Origin: Eledone cirrhosa
Lineage: Eukaryota
Reading direction: 5' to 3'
Assembly (NCBI GenBank): GCA_964016885.1
Contig: OZ024757.1
Span: forward strand, 28,830,001 to 28,894,000
DNA length: 64,000 nt
Part shown: piece by piece, positions 13,345-28,357 of the stretch
How positions within the stretch are numbered: position 1 is the stretch's first letter
How the letters are laid out: each line of letters starts with the position of its first letter
The notes under the pieces: generated by a model
What the model saw: the letters and a program-made list of their open reading frames with translations, nothing else
Database searches by the model: none
Told to the model about the DNA's origin: nothing
Position numbers and translations under genes: made by a program

Positions 13345-13526
13345 GTCCATTGCAGGGTTAAAACCCCAAGCTATTGCTGGTACGCATTTTCAGTTGAGTA
13401 TACTGGAGCAACATGAAATGAAGTGTTTTGCTCAAGAACACAATAGGCGACCCAGCCCAGGAATCGAACCTATGACATTATGATCATAAGTCCAACACCC
13501 TTACCACTAAGCAACATGCCTCCACA
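13345..13526 (-). mobile_element. CORE-type SINE with a different tail
   Basis: A/B boxes plus CTTGAGCAAAACACTTCATTTCATGTTGCTCCAG core; tail ends CCCTGCAATGGACTG. Confidence 0.7.
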
Positions 13527-13581
13527 TGTTTAAGTGTGTGTATATTATAAATAGTTTAAAACCCTGTAGACAGACATGAAT

Positions 13582-13639
13582 AACCAATTTCTGATGAGGC
13601 ATTAATAAATGCTGAAACTAGTTAAGTCCAACACTGGTT
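13582..13639 (+). ncRNA. Degenerate hammerhead ribozyme
   Basis: CTGATGA ggcatt-aata-aatgct GAAA ct-agtta-ag TC; stem I partly mismatched. Confidence 0.5.
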
Positions 13640-14024
13640 TCGTAATCAGATGATCATTCAACTCTCAGAGGACTTTTGTCACACATTCTGTGACCTTCTC
13701 AACAGCAATTTTGATCCCCTGTATCTCTTCTTTGTTTTAATTTTGTTCTAGTTACTCCATCTTATCCAGATGATGATGTCAAGGATGTTGACAATATCAG
13801 TAATAAGGTTGGTGTGTTGGCAGAACTGGTAGAGCATCAGATTAAATGCTATTGCAGTATTTGTTCTGGCCCTTTACATTCTCAGTTCAAATCCCGCCGA
13901 GGTAAACTTTGTCTTTCGTCCACCTGAGATTGATAAAATAAAGTAACAGTCAAGCGTACTGTGGTTGATATAATCAACTTTGCCCTGACCTTAAATTTGT
14001 CGGCTTTGTGCCTATGTCAGACAT

Positions 14025-14090
14025 CAGTGATGATGGTGATGATGATATTCATGATGGTGATGATGGTGATGATGATGATATTCATGATGG

Positions 14091-14142
<52 letters not shown>

Positions 14143-14153
14143 ATTCATGATGG

Positions 14154-14191
<38 letters not shown>

Positions 14192-14420
14192 TTGGTGGTG
14201 ATAACGACAATATTGATGATGATGATGATGATCATGATGATAATGACAATATTGATGATGATGATGTTGATGACAAATCAAATTGGTAATGATGATGATG
14301 ACGACTGATGATGATGATGATGATGACGACTGATGATGAGGATGACGATGAAGGACAATGATGATGATGATGACGACAATGAAGGACAATGATGATGGTG
14401 ATGATGATGATGACAGCGAC
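14025..14420. repeat. (GAT)n compound microsatellite
   Basis: Direct observation. Confidence 0.95.
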
Positions 14421-14535
14421 GAGAGGAATGGGAACCAAAAGAACAACAACAAAAGTTGTTTTAACCAAGGGTTCTTATTTTTCAAAATTTCATTTTATTT
14501 CAGTTTATTTATTGTTGTTGTTGTTGTTGTTGTTT

Positions 14536-14566
<31 letters not shown>

Positions 14567-14588
14567 AACCATTTTTATATCTATTTAG

Positions 14589-15251
14589 GAAACTCCCAGA
14601 AATAGAGCAACATCCGTTCTTCCAATACAATGGTTCCAGCCCAACAGACAGTGGCATAGTGTTAATGGAACAAGCCAGCAGCAGCACCATCAGCAGCAGC
14701 AGAGGCAGCACCACCACCACCACAAGCAGCAGCAGTAGCACCGTCATCAATAGTAGCAGTTCCACCACCAGCACCGCCACCACCACCAGCATCATCACCA
14801 GTAGTGCCACCACCACCACCACCATGCCGCCACCACCACCACCACCACCAACAGCATCATCACCAAGAGTCCCAACATCATCACCAGTAGCAGCATCGTC
14901 ACCAGTAGTCACACAAACCATCAACAGCAGCAGCATCGTCACCAGTAGTGCCACCATCACCACCACCACCACCACCAGCAGTACCACCACCACCACCACC
15001 ACCACCAGCAGCACCAGCATCACCACCACCACCACCACCAGCACCAGCATCATCACCACCAGCACCAGCATCATCAACAGCAATACCAGCACCATACTGC
15101 CATCAAAAGCTACACCATCACCATCACCATCAGTACCACCACCACCACCATCAAAAACTGCCCCCCCGCCCCCCCCCCCCCCCCCCCCCCCCCCACCACC
15201 ACCATCACCAGCAGCAACTGTTCCATTAAAATTGATGGAGGTGGAGATGCG
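14589..15251 (+). CDS. Candidate Ser/Thr- and poly-Pro-rich host exon (R-KLPEIEQHPFFQYNGSSPTDSGIVLMEQ...PLKLMEVEM)
   Basis: TTTTTATATCTATTTAG acceptor; one frame open for ~660 nt with unique peptide at both ends; donor is weak and uncertain (15241 or 15252). Confidence 0.4.
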
Positions 15252-15719
15252 GTTCACCACACCTCACCCAACACCACACCACACCTCACCCCACCTCACC
15301 TCATCACATCTCACCCCACTTCACCAGCCCTCACTACATCTCACCCCACACCACACAACACCTCACCACACAACACCGCATCTCACTGCACCTCACCTCA
15401 CTACATCTAACCCCACCACACCACACTCCACCTCACCTCATCACACCACCACACCACAGTCCACCTCACCTCACCAGATCACATCTCACTACACCTCACC
15501 CCACCTCATCTCATTACACTACACCCCACCTCACCTCATCACATCTCACTCCACTTCACCACACCACACCTCACCTCACTGCACCCCACCACACTACAGT
15601 CCCCCTCACCACACCACACTTTACAACACACCCCACTTCGCCTCACCTCATCTCACCTTAGTCTTTACTGCCATTTCAAAACCTGCTCTGCCATATCTAC
15701 AGACAGTGGGGTTGATGTG

Positions 15720-15754
<35 letters not shown>

Positions 15755-16668
15755 CGGGGGGGGGGGGGGGGGTATGGTGGAGGGAAATTTCACCAAAATA
15801 TTCTCTACTTAACTTTTACATCTTCCTTTTCCTCTCCCTCCTTATCCACCCATTTATATATATATATATATATATATAGTTATATTTGGGGAGGGTCATA
15901 TTGTTGTAATACTATTGCCAGAAATAATAACAGAACACACTCACTGTTTGGTTGGTTTTCGCTTCTGCATCTTTTATATCTCCATTGTTAATTCATTTGG
16001 CCATCAATGTTTATTATTGACTGACCAACGGTCAAAAATACAGATATAAATATATATATATATAGTCTAACAAAGTTCTTTCGTTGCACATCTGCAACAT
16101 CATCAGTGGTACTATTATCAAGTTCCCTCCTATTGTGTTGTGCTTACGCCATTTTTATTTTATTTAAAATATATATATATATTACAAAGAAAGTGTGGTA
16201 AGATATCAGGTGGACCATAACACACCAGAGCACTCAATACTTAGTGTAGTAAAGTGGGTAATAGGAAAAGAGTCAGGACCCCGACGGCTGAGCTCCGGCT
16301 GTTTCAACAGCTAGATCCGAACTAATACTGCTGGCTTAGTTCAGATCATTTTTTTTAGCTGACTCCAGCACCAACACCACTACCAACATAAGAGTAGAGG
16401 TCAGATGTACTTAACAATAACAAGAACAACCACTTCAGATTGCCTCACCTCAGAACGAATTTCTATAGACTTTTGACTGAGGAATGTTTTCACAACTGAC
16501 CAATAGGAGGAGAAGATGTCCTTTGACACTGAAATTCGTTTGTTTAAATTCATATGATTCCAGTTCCTCAGTGAAATAACATCCCAACCAGGAACTGGGC
16601 ATATCAGAGTATTGACAAAGTTAAACACCTCAACAACATGTGTACTCGTCTCTACCACACTAATTCAG

Positions 16669-16729
16669 ACTGCCTGAAGAGGTCACAGCCAAAGATGGCT
16701 GTCACCGAAATATATATAGCAGTAATAAA
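16669..16729 (+). ncRNA. Minimal type-I hammerhead ribozyme followed by AATAAA
   Basis: actgc CTGAAGA ggt-c-acagcc-aaagat-ggctgt-c-acc GAAA tatata TA gcagt AATAAA. Confidence 0.85.
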
Positions 16730-16879
16730 CGAAGCCAAATTTTAAATATTTGACTTATTTATTTTAGTTTATTTTACATTACTCCGGAGTAACCAAACCA
16801 ACCTGCGCACTTCGTCGAGTGCTCCAATCTGCATACTGACGTGTTGGTATACAACCAACATATACTCAAAATTTATATA

Positions 16880-16924
<45 letters not shown>

Positions 16925-17542
16925 TTAATTATGTCTCGTATAAAATAATACAACTGGCTATCCGCAAAATACGTATAGTTAGCACCCCAAACCTATAATT
17001 GGGATTATACTAAGGTATATCCTAACGTTTGTTGAGTGAGACGGAAGCCGGTCGGAGTATTGCTTAAAGCTTTCTCTGTTAATGTATTAAATATATATAT
17101 ATATATATAAATATATATAAATATGTAAAATGTCCCTCCCTCCAAATCTATCTTCTCTTTATGACCATCCCTCACCCTATCTAATGTATCTATCTATCTA
17201 TCTATCTATTTACATATCCATCCATCTATGTATCATAAGCACCACTATCACAAACATCACCACAAACACCGTCACAAACACCACAACCACTAACATCATC
17301 ATCACCATCACTAGCATCAATATCACAAACACCATAACCACTTACACCATCACTGCCACTACCCCACCTTCATCATCAATGTAACCACCACCATCATCAA
17401 CAACAACAACAAAAAACAATACCAATACCATTACTTTCACATTAGCTTTCAAAACCTAGGAATCTTCCTTTTTCTCTCTTTCTTCCTCTCTCTCTCTTTC
17501 TTTCTTTCTTTCTCTCTATCTCTCTTCCCCTCTCTCTCTACA

Positions 17543-17576
<34 letters not shown>

Positions 17577-17676
17577 TCTCTCTCTCTCTCTCTTTCTTCC
17601 TCTCTCTCTCTTTCTTTCTCTCTATCTCTCTTCCCCTCTCTCTCTACATCTCTCTCTCTCTCTCACTCTCTCTCTC

Positions 17677-17756
<80 letters not shown>

Positions 17757-18422
17757 CCACTTCACTTTCATCCATCACCACCTCACCAATACACCACCCT
17801 TTTTTTCCTCATCATCTCCCTCATGTACACAGACACATATACACACATATGCATGCACACACACACACACAAATACACAGCGACCCACACTCACACACAC
17901 GCACACTCACGCACACATAAACACACAGTTGCTCACACAGATATATATTATATACACAAACACACACACACAAACACAGATGCATTCACACTCACACACA
18001 CACAAATACACACAGACCCACACAAACACACATACTCACACACACACACATACTCACACATACTCACACACACACACAGACAGACACATAAACACACATT
18101 TGCTCACACACACAGATACACAAACACACTTACACACACACAAATATAGTTTCTCACACACATATACAGAAACACAAACACAAATACATTCACACTCCCA
18201 CACACACAGATGTACATACACACACACAGGGCTGCACATACACACAAACACTCACACACATTAACACTCACCACCACCCCTACCAGCCATTCAACTGGTT
18301 TTACATAAAACAAATATGCAAATCTATTAGACATGCCTTCCCCCCTTCCTCCTTCTCATTGTTCATTAATCGTGTTGACCTTTGACATCGTGTCATATCT
18401 CTAGACTGTGATTGGCTGACAG

Positions 18423-18515
18423 CAAGGACGCAGAGGAAAATTTGGTCACGAACGGCAATAGTAGCTTAATGTTGGAGGATCGGACATCGTTGGGGTCTTG
18501 TGAATTGTTAATGAG
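18423..18515 (+). CDS. Candidate phase 2-2 exon (KDAEENLVTNGNSSLMLEDRTSLGSCELLM)
   Basis: CAG acceptor, AG|GTTAGC donor, 93 nt open; island of unique sequence among simple repeats. Confidence 0.35.
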
Positions 18516-18552
18516 GTTAGCTTGGTGAATGATTAACAGCAACAACAACAAC

Positions 18553-18830
18553 AAACATTGCAACTATCATAAAAACAACAACAATAGTAATAAAAACAAC
18601 AACAATAAACATTGCAACTATAATAAAAACAACAACAATAGTAATAAAAACAACAACAACAAACATTGCAACTATCATAAAAACAACAACAATAGTAATA
18701 AAAACAACAACAACAAACATTGCAACTATCATAAAAACAACAACAATAGTAATAAAAACAACAACAACAAACATTGCAACTATAATAAAAAGAACAGTAA
18801 TAAAAAGAACAACAGTAATAAAAACAACAA
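18553..18830. repeat. 54-bp minisatellite x5 within an (AAC)-rich tract
   Basis: AAACATTGCAACTAT units at ~18553, 18607, 18661, 18715 and 18769. Confidence 0.85.
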
Positions 18831-19160
18831 CAACAGTAATAAAAACAACAACAACATCCACAACAGTAATAAAAACAACATTAGTAATAACAATTACAAC
18901 AACAATAGCAATAACAACATCCACAACAGTAATGACAACTACAACAGTAACAATAGCAACAACAGCAGTAATAAAACAACAACAACAACAGTAGTAATAA
19001 CAACAACAGTAGTAATAACAACAACAATATCACCCTCAACTAATAAAAAACAACAATAACTATATTGCTCAACAACAACAACAACAATGTAACAGTGAAG
19101 TGGAACTGTCTGAGAATGAAAGAATATAGGAATAAGAAAGCAGGATTATATACATATATG

Positions 19161-19202
<42 letters not shown>

Positions 19203-19204
<2 letters not shown>

Positions 19205-20478
19205 CATCATCATCATCATCATTTTACGTCCACTTTTCCCTGCTTGCAAGGGTTGAACGGGTCCTATTCAGCACAGCATCTCTCCACTTGTCACGGCCCT
19301 TTGTCATCTCCTCGGTGAGTTTCAGCGATCTGAGGTCTGCTCTCACCACCTCCGCCCATGTTTTCCATGGCCTATCTCTACTGTGTATTCCCTCCACTGG
19401 GATTTCTTGGCACTTCTTTACCCAGCAGTCATCCTCCATGTGCATCACATGTCCATACCATCTCAGCCTTCTCTTCTGCACACCACGACTTATCCCTCTT
19501 ATACCCAGTTTCTTTCTCAACTCATCTATGCTTGGTTGTTCACACACATTGACATTGGACATCCAATGGAGCATACTTGCTTCATTTCTCTCCAGCCGTC
19601 ACATATCTTCTGCAGTTGTTGCCCATGTCTCACTACCATGCAGCATCGCGCATCTCACACAGGCATCATATAACCGTCCTTTCGTACGCAGGGAGAAACC
19701 CCTCTTTGTCAACAGAGGAAGCAGCTCCCTAAACTTCTTCCAACCCGTCCTTATTCTAGATACTATGGCCTCGGAACACCCCCTTCCCATGCTAATCTGA
19801 TCACCTAGGTACCGGAAGCTATCAACCACTTCTATAGAACCCACCTGCATTGGAAACATGCATCTATCACTTCGATTACTACTGCCAGCTTTCCCTGTAC
19901 ATCTACTGCATACGTAGTTTTCCATACCTGTTAGTTTGCCTACTATCCCACTACATCTCTTGTGTGCCCAAGATCGGCATTGCGTACATTTTATGGAATT
20001 TATGCCAGTTCCTTTCCTACATATCGAACATGGCCATTTCCCCGATGGAATCAGGGTATCATCCTCTCTTCTACTTATCAACACTTTTGTCTTAGCTACG
20101 TTCACTCTCAGTCCTCTTGATTCCAGCTGCTGTTTCCAAAGCCAGAATTTATTCTCTAGCTCCTCTACTGATTCTGCTATAAGAACCAGATCATCAGCAT
20201 AGAGAAGTTCCCATGGATGGCCAGTCTTATACTCCTCTGTTATGGCTTGGTGGACTATAATGAACAAGAGCGGGCTGAAGACCAAACCCTGATGTACTCC
20301 TACTTGTATCTGGAATTCCTCACTAAAGTCCATTCCTATTCTCACTTTACTGACAGCACACCTGTACATAGCTTGCACTGTCCTCACAATCCATTCCTCA
20401 ACACTTAGTTTCGTTAGGGACCACCAGATGACAGATCGGGGTACCCTATCAAAGACCTTCTCTAGGTCAACAAAATAT
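19203..20478 (-). mobile_element. RTE LINE family 2, 5'-truncated, with an in-frame stop
   Basis: DLEK.FDRVP, GVHQG, YADD, MLHGSETW and RRLRWYGHV motifs; tail CTTGCAAGCAGGGAAAAGTGGACGTAAAA(TGA)n. Confidence 0.92.
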
Positions 20479-20571
20479 AATATTAGGTATCAATTGAAGT
20501 TGTAGTTGCCATATAGTAGGTACTATATATATATACACACAGACATACATATGTGTGTATATATGTATATA

Positions 20572-20716
<145 letters not shown>

Positions 20717-21009
20717 AATGATTGAAAGAGTTGGGAGTGAGGGAGAAAGGAAGCGAGATGAATGATTTATAAGAAAGAAGGAAGTGATAGAGAATGAAGG
20801 AATTACAATAAGTTTATAATGAATGAGTGTAGACATAGGAGGGGTGAATGAGAGCAAAGCAAGATGTGAAGAAGGAGGATTTGTGAAGGAGAATATGTAG
20901 AAGACTAAAAGGAAAGAAAAGAATGAAAGAATGAAATTTGAATAAAAGACAAAATAATAAGCAACATCCATATACATATATACATATATGCATGCATACA
21001 CACACAAAC

Positions 21010-21044
<35 letters not shown>

Positions 21045-21051
21045 TATATAA

Positions 21052-21089
<38 letters not shown>

Positions 21090-21227
21090 TTAAACGTATA
21101 TATAGGCATGTACACACATAGATACTCATACACATATATACATGCATACATATACACACACACACCATACATTCACATATATACAAACATATAGACACAC
21201 TGAAAAAAAAAACAGAGTAACACACAT

Positions 21228-21270
<43 letters not shown>

Positions 21271-21337
21271 AGTGTATATATATATATATATTATGGAATA
21301 CTGTTGGCTTCTTGCTACAATAATTTCTATACTTTTC

Positions 21338-21382
<45 letters not shown>

Positions 21383-21595
21383 CACAAACATAGAAAAAAA
21401 ACCCCACACACACAAGCATATATACATATATATAGGGTGTCCCAAAAAATGTACACACACTGTGATTACCTGTACAGGCAATATATATTAGAATGCTGTT
21501 GAAGTGTTTATACATTTTTAGGGGACACCTTGTATACACATACACACAGTGAGAAAGAAAAAACCACACACATAGAAACAAACACACACACACAT

Positions 21596-21630
<35 letters not shown>

Positions 21631-21700
21631 TTAACGTCCATCTTCCACGCTTGCATGGGTTTGGACGGGCATATATATATATATATAAATACACAAACAT

Positions 21701-21733
<33 letters not shown>

Positions 21734-21994
21734 CACACACATAGAAACTAAAAACAACACATACAAACACAAACACAAAAACACAAAAAAGTATGTTACA
21801 ATTCTATTAAGGAGGAATTCATTTGAATGAAAATGGTGTGAAAGAGTTTGGTAAATGAAATTATGTGAGAATAATATAGCAATTTGGTCCCTTAATAACG
21901 TCTTTTGTCAAGCAAATTCTTTCCACAAAGCTCTTCCTTATCAAGCAGCAGACATTTTTGCTGGTTGATTTTACTGAGTACTATCTGAAAATAT

Positions 21995-22913
21995 TGTTGT
22001 TGTTGTTGGTTGGTTGTTGATGGTGGTGGTGGTGTGTGATGGTGTGGTGGTTTGTAGTTGTTGTTGTTGATGGTGGTGGTGGTGTGTGATGGTGTGGTGG
22101 TTTGTAGTTGTTGTTGATGGTGGTGGTGGTTTGGTGTTGTTGTTGGTGGTGGTGGTGGTGGTGGGTTGGGTGGTTAGTTGTTGGTGGTGGTGGTGATGGT
22201 TTGTAGTTGTTGTTGTTGATGGTGGTGGTGGTGTGTGATGGTGTGGTGGTTTGTAGTTGTTGATGGTGGTGGTGGTTTGGTGTTGCTGTTGGTGGTGGTG
22301 GTGGTGGGTTGGGTGGTTAGTTGTTGGTGGTGGTGGTGATGGTTTGTAGTTGTTCTTGTTGTTGATGGTGGTGGTGGCGTGTGATGGTGTGGTGGTTTGT
22401 AGTTGTTGTTGTTGATGGTGGTGGTGGTGTGTGATGGTGTGGTGGTTTGTAGTTGTTGTTGTTGATGGTGGTGGTGGTGTGTGATGGTGTGGTGGTTTGT
22501 AGTTGTTGTTGTTGTTGATGGTGGTGGTGGTGTGTGATGGTGTGGTGGTTTGTAGTTGTTGTTGTTGATAGTGGTGGTGGTGTGTGATGGTGTGGTGGTT
22601 TGTAGTTGTTGTTGATGGTGGTGGTTTGGTGTTGGTGGTGGTGGTGGGTTGATGGTGGGTGAGGTGTTTGGTCGGTTGGTTGTTGATAGTGGTGGTTGTG
22701 ATTTTCTTCTTCTTCTTCTTCTTCTTCTTCTTCTTCTTCTTCTTCTTCTTCTTCTTCTTCTTCTTCTTCTTCACCACTGTGTCTCCATGTCCACAAATGA
22801 TTATGAAAGCAGCAATGGGTGGAAGGAAGACTGTGGCCTTTTCCTATTTCAGTTGAAGGATGATGATAATGGTAATGATGGTGATGATGATGATCCTAAT
22901 GGTAATGATGGTG

Positions 22914-22945
<32 letters not shown>

Positions 22946-23112
22946 GATCATAATGGTAATGATGGTGATGATGATGATGATGGTGATGGTGATGATGATG
23001 ATGATGATCGTAATGGTAATGATGGTGATGGTGATGATGATGATGGTGGTGATGATGATGATGATGATGATGATCGTAATGATGGTGATGATGATGATGA
23101 TGGTAATGATGG

Positions 23113-23143
<31 letters not shown>

Positions 23144-23235
23144 CATCATCATCATGAAGGTGATAGCAATGATGTTGATAATGGCAATGGTGATGCCACT
23201 GCTGATAATGATGATGATGATGACAATGATAATGT
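21995..23235. repeat. (GGT/GTT) minisatellite with (CTT)n and (GAT)n tracts
   Basis: Direct observation. Confidence 0.9.
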
Positions 23236-23347
23236 TTATTCAATAAAAGTGAAAACAAAACAACAAAACAACAACAAAGCAAAACAAAACAACAAAACAA
23301 AACATAACAACAACAACAACAAAAAAGAACCAAAGCGAACATAAAAA

Positions 23348-24246
23348 AACAATTTTAGAGCAACAATAAAAATGATATATGAGTTAGAGCTAAAACAATG
23401 AGGAGACATTTTGAAATAAACCCGAGCTATATGTTGAAATAAATACAAAATATATTCTATATCTTCTTTGTGAAGATGTGTAATATATAGAAATGATGTA
23501 GAATAGATTATACATTTATTTCATTATTATATAGCTTGGTTTTATTTCAAAATGTCTCTTTTTCATGTCACCTGTACTTCTATATATGTGTGTGTGTGAG
23601 ATGCGCGATGCTGCATGGTAGTGAGACATGGGCAGCAACTGCAGAGGATATGTGACGGCTGGAGAGAGATGAAGCAAGCATGCTCTGTTGGATGTGCAAT
23701 GTCAATGTGTGTGAATGACCAAGCATAGATGAGTTGAGAGAGAAACTGTATATAAGAGGGATAAGTTGTAGTGTGCGGGAGAGAAGACTGCAATGGTATG
23801 GACATGTGATGTGCATGGAGAATGACCGCTGGATAAAGAAGTGCCAAGGAATCCCAGTAGAAGGAAGACCAGGAAAAACATGGGCGGAGGTGGTGAGAGC
23901 AGACCTCAGACCGCTGAGCAAAACCCACGTTTATGGTATAAATGGAGTCATTAGACTAATATTCTGTTTAGGAAACCGAATGATTCTCAGCTCCGGAGTT
24001 TAAGAATAATTGTTTCTACTTTTGGCACAAGTCCAGCAAATACCCAGTGCATTACTGGTACTTTATTTTATCAACCCCGTAAGGATAAAAGACAAAGTTA
24101 ACCTTGGCGGGATTTGAACTCAAAATGGAAAGGGCCATAACTCTATGCGTCAGAGCCTCTACCGATATTGCTAATCCACCGCCGGAGTTTAAGTATAATG
24201 TAAATAAATTTGTTGAACGAAAATGACATAAAGTAAGTAATAATAG

Positions 24247-24319
<73 letters not shown>

Positions 24320-24562
24320 TATATATGAAACAATTTTAGAGGAGCAATAAAAATGATATATGCGTTAGAGCTAAAACAATGAGGAGACATTTTGAAATAA
24401 ACCCGAGCTATATGTTGAAATAAATACAAAATATATTCCATATCTTCTTTTTGAAGATGTGTAATATATAGAAATGATGTAGAATAGATTATACATTTAT
24501 TTCATTATTATATAGCTTGGTTTTATTTCAAAATGTCTCTTCTTCATGTCACCTGTACTTAT
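23348..24562. repeat. ~235-bp direct repeats (23348-23580, 24328-24560) bracketing an RTE fragment (23590-23925) and a SINE A copy
   Basis: Near-identical copies, each with internal inverted arms GAGACATTTTGAAATAAA...TTTATTTCAAAATGTCTC. Confidence 0.8.
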
Positions 24563-24565
24563 ATA

Positions 24566-24596
<31 letters not shown>

Positions 24597-25224
24597 GTGT
24601 GTGTATGTTTATAATTATATATATATATATATATATTTATAAATATATATATAAATATATATATACATATATGTTTATATATATATATATATATATACAC
24701 AGAGGTATCCACTGTAAATTGTAGGGGTCTATTCTGTATGAAGAACTCAATGTAATTGCTTTTGAAAACAGCTGGTGATATGCATGTAAGTAAATATTCT
24801 CTCTATCTGATAGTTTATAAACTTACATAGATCAATAACTGAGTATAGATACAATGTATTATCACCATCTAGAAACGATCGTAAAACAGTGAAGTATAGC
24901 TCTAATGACTTGATTTTTTTATTTCATTGTTTTAACTTATATTATATATATATATGTTTATAAATATATGTGAGTAAAAGGTAAATAGAAATAACAAAAC
25001 AAACATAACAGTACATGAAAGGAGTATATTAGTTTAATGCTTGAAATAGCAGGAAGAGAATTTTAACGTTTCGGACATTAGTCTTTTATCAGAAGAAAGA
25101 ATGAGGAATTAAAGAACTAGAATGATTGAGGAGATGGGCAGGGCAGAAACGGGAAAAAAATTTTTTAGAGACAAATAATGGATCTATTCATGTTTCCATC
25201 TTTTGGAAAACTATATTCATTTCA

Positions 25225-25686
<462 letters not shown>

Positions 25687-26274
25687 ACATATATATGTAT
25701 CATCAGCATCATCATTTAACTTCCATTTTTCCATGCTAACATGGACGAGATGAGTTGTCCTGTTATGAGTCAAGTCAGCTCAGATGAACATGTCTTGCTC
25801 ATACAGAACTGTTTCTAGCTTGGTAGATCTATGTTGAGGGTACTTAGCTGTTGAAGTGGAGAATGTAAGGATGTGAGAGCCATATGGGAAAAGGAAGGGG
25901 GTGAAGTGGTGCGTACAAGCAACTGCTAGTGCTGTATGGGAGGGCATGAGGAGAAGAGGTGTATACTTGTGGCCACACAATATTTCTATATCCCATGCCC
26001 CTGGGAGGGTGGGTTTTCTGCAGTTCTGCATCATGCTAGAGACCTCAATCCTGTGTCATCGCGTTTGAGAGGTGCAATTGTGTTAAGTGAGCTTTTATCA
26101 CCTCATCCCAAACTTTCCTAGGTCTGCCTCTTCCATAGCTTCCATCAACTTTGAGCACTCTGGACCTTTTTACACAGCTGTCGTCCTCCATACATATCAC
26201 ATCTCCATAGCACTGCAATCTTTGCCGTTCATATATATCAGTATTACACCCCCTCCACACACACACATATATAA

Positions 26275-26326
<52 letters not shown>

Positions 26327-26682
26327 GTTTCTACTTTAGGCACAAGGCCTGCAATTATCCCAGTGCATTACTGGTACTTTATTTTATCGACCCCGTAAGG
26401 ATGAAAGGCAAAGTCAACCTCGGCGGGATTTGAACTCAGATCGTAAAGGGACGTAACTATGCTGGAAAGCATGGCGTCCGACCCTCTACCGATACTGCCA
26501 ATCCAGATGGACCATAACGCACCAGAGTACTCAATACTTAGGGTAGTAGAGTGGGTAATAGGAAAATGTATGATCCCGACAGCAGAGCTCAAGCCGTTTC
26601 GACGGCTATTTCTAGACTATTCAGTCCAGAAATAGCCGTTGACATGGCTTGAGCTCTGCCGTCAGGGTCATACATTTTCTTA

Positions 26683-28294
26683 TCATCATCATCATCATCA
26701 TCATCAACGTTTAACGTCCGTGTTCCACGCTTGCATGGGTTTGGACGGGGGTAGTCCCACTTGAGGCAAGAGTGATTGTCTTGCTCGCATAGGACTGTCT
26801 GGCAGGTTTTCTACAGTTGGATGCCCTTCCTAACACCAACCACATTTACAGTGTGGGTCTGGGAGGTTTTTACCGTGTTGCCTACACGGCCACATTACAG
26901 CGTGGACTGTGTGTTTTTTTGTCGTGACACCTACACGATCTCATTTGTTTCGGCCTCGATGGCGCGGCACCAACATAACTTTACATAGAACGGGGTGGTG
27001 TGGATCGGGTGGGGGTGGTGGGACGGGGTGTATTTGTTAGAGATGCCTACTGGCTGGAGTAGGTTTTACTATATATTTAGGTAAGGCGGGTCTTCTCTGT
27101 TACTGAGTACCGCCAAAGGTCTCGGTCCAGTGACATTGTCTTGGAGAGGTGTAAGTGTGTGATGTCGGAGTTTATCAGCTCGTCCCAGGTTTTTCTAGGT
27201 CTGCCTATTCCGTGACTACCGTCTATCTTTATTGCCCTGCACTTTGTTATACAGCTATCGACTTTCATGCGCATCACGTGTCCATACCAACGTAGCCTTC
27301 TCTCGAGTAAACAACATCTGATCCCTCTTATCTCTAATTTATTCCTTAGTTCGTTTATGCTTTGCCGTTCACGTATATTACTGTTACACATCCAGCGGAG
27401 CATGCAAGCTTCGTTCCTCTCTAGTCTGCGTATATCCTCTGCACACAATGCCCAGGTCTCACTGCCATGCAGCATTGCTGTTCGTATGCAGGCATCGTAC
27501 AACCTGCCTTTCATTTTTAGTGAGAACCCTTTAGCAGCTAATAGTGGTATAAGCTCTCTGAACTTTTTCCAACCAGTTCTGACTCTAGCTACAGTACTTT
27601 CAGAGCACCCTCCCCCACTGCTGATTTTATCGCCCAGGTAACGGAAGCTGTCCACTATTTCTATAGAACCCTCTGCGCAATTGAAAGAGCTAGTAGTTTG
27701 TGGGCACTTGCTGCTACTTATTGCACCAGAGCACCGGCCACATGTAAAATCTATGTTCTTAGTTAGCCTACCTGTGATCCCACTACATCTTTTATGCACC
27801 CATACTTTGCATTTAGGACATAAAATGGAGTTTCTACCTACGCCTTTCCTACACACCGAGCACGACCATTTCCCAGAAGGGACCGCCGCCTTGTTTTCTT
27901 TCCTACAAACTAGTACTTTGGTCTTAGCCAGGTTAATTTTAAGTCCTTTTGACTCTAGGCCGTGCTTCCATGTTTGGAATTTCTTCTCTAGCTCGGCCAT
28001 TGATTCCGCTATGAGTGTCAGGTCGTCTGCGTATAGGAGTTCCCATGGGCAGCCTGTCTTGAACTCCTCTGTTATGGCCTGAAGGGCAATAATAAATAGT
28101 AGTGGACTGAGAACAGAGCCCTGATGGACGCCGACTTTTACGCTAAACTCTTCACTATATTCGTTGTTAATTCTAACCTTGCTGACTGTTTCTTTATACA
28201 TGGCTTGTATAGCCCTCACAAGCCATTCGTCAACGCCTAGTTTTCTAAGAGCCCACCAGATAATGGAGCGGGGGACTCTGTCGAAGGCTTTCTC

Positions 28295-28297
<3 letters not shown>
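26683..28297 (-). mobile_element. RTE LINE family 1, 5'-truncated; uninterrupted ORF 28297-27077
   Basis: LEKAFDRVPR, GVHQGSVLSPLLF, LYADD, PHD-like Cys cluster and RRLRWYGHV; 3' UTR with (GAT)n tail. Confidence 0.95.

Positions 28298-28357
<60 letters not shown>

Noticed and set aside
21894-21984. Possible minus-strand terminal exon (IVLSKINQQK...RRY*)
   Set aside because: Only an acceptor-like site and a short frame; no partner exon or homology to support it
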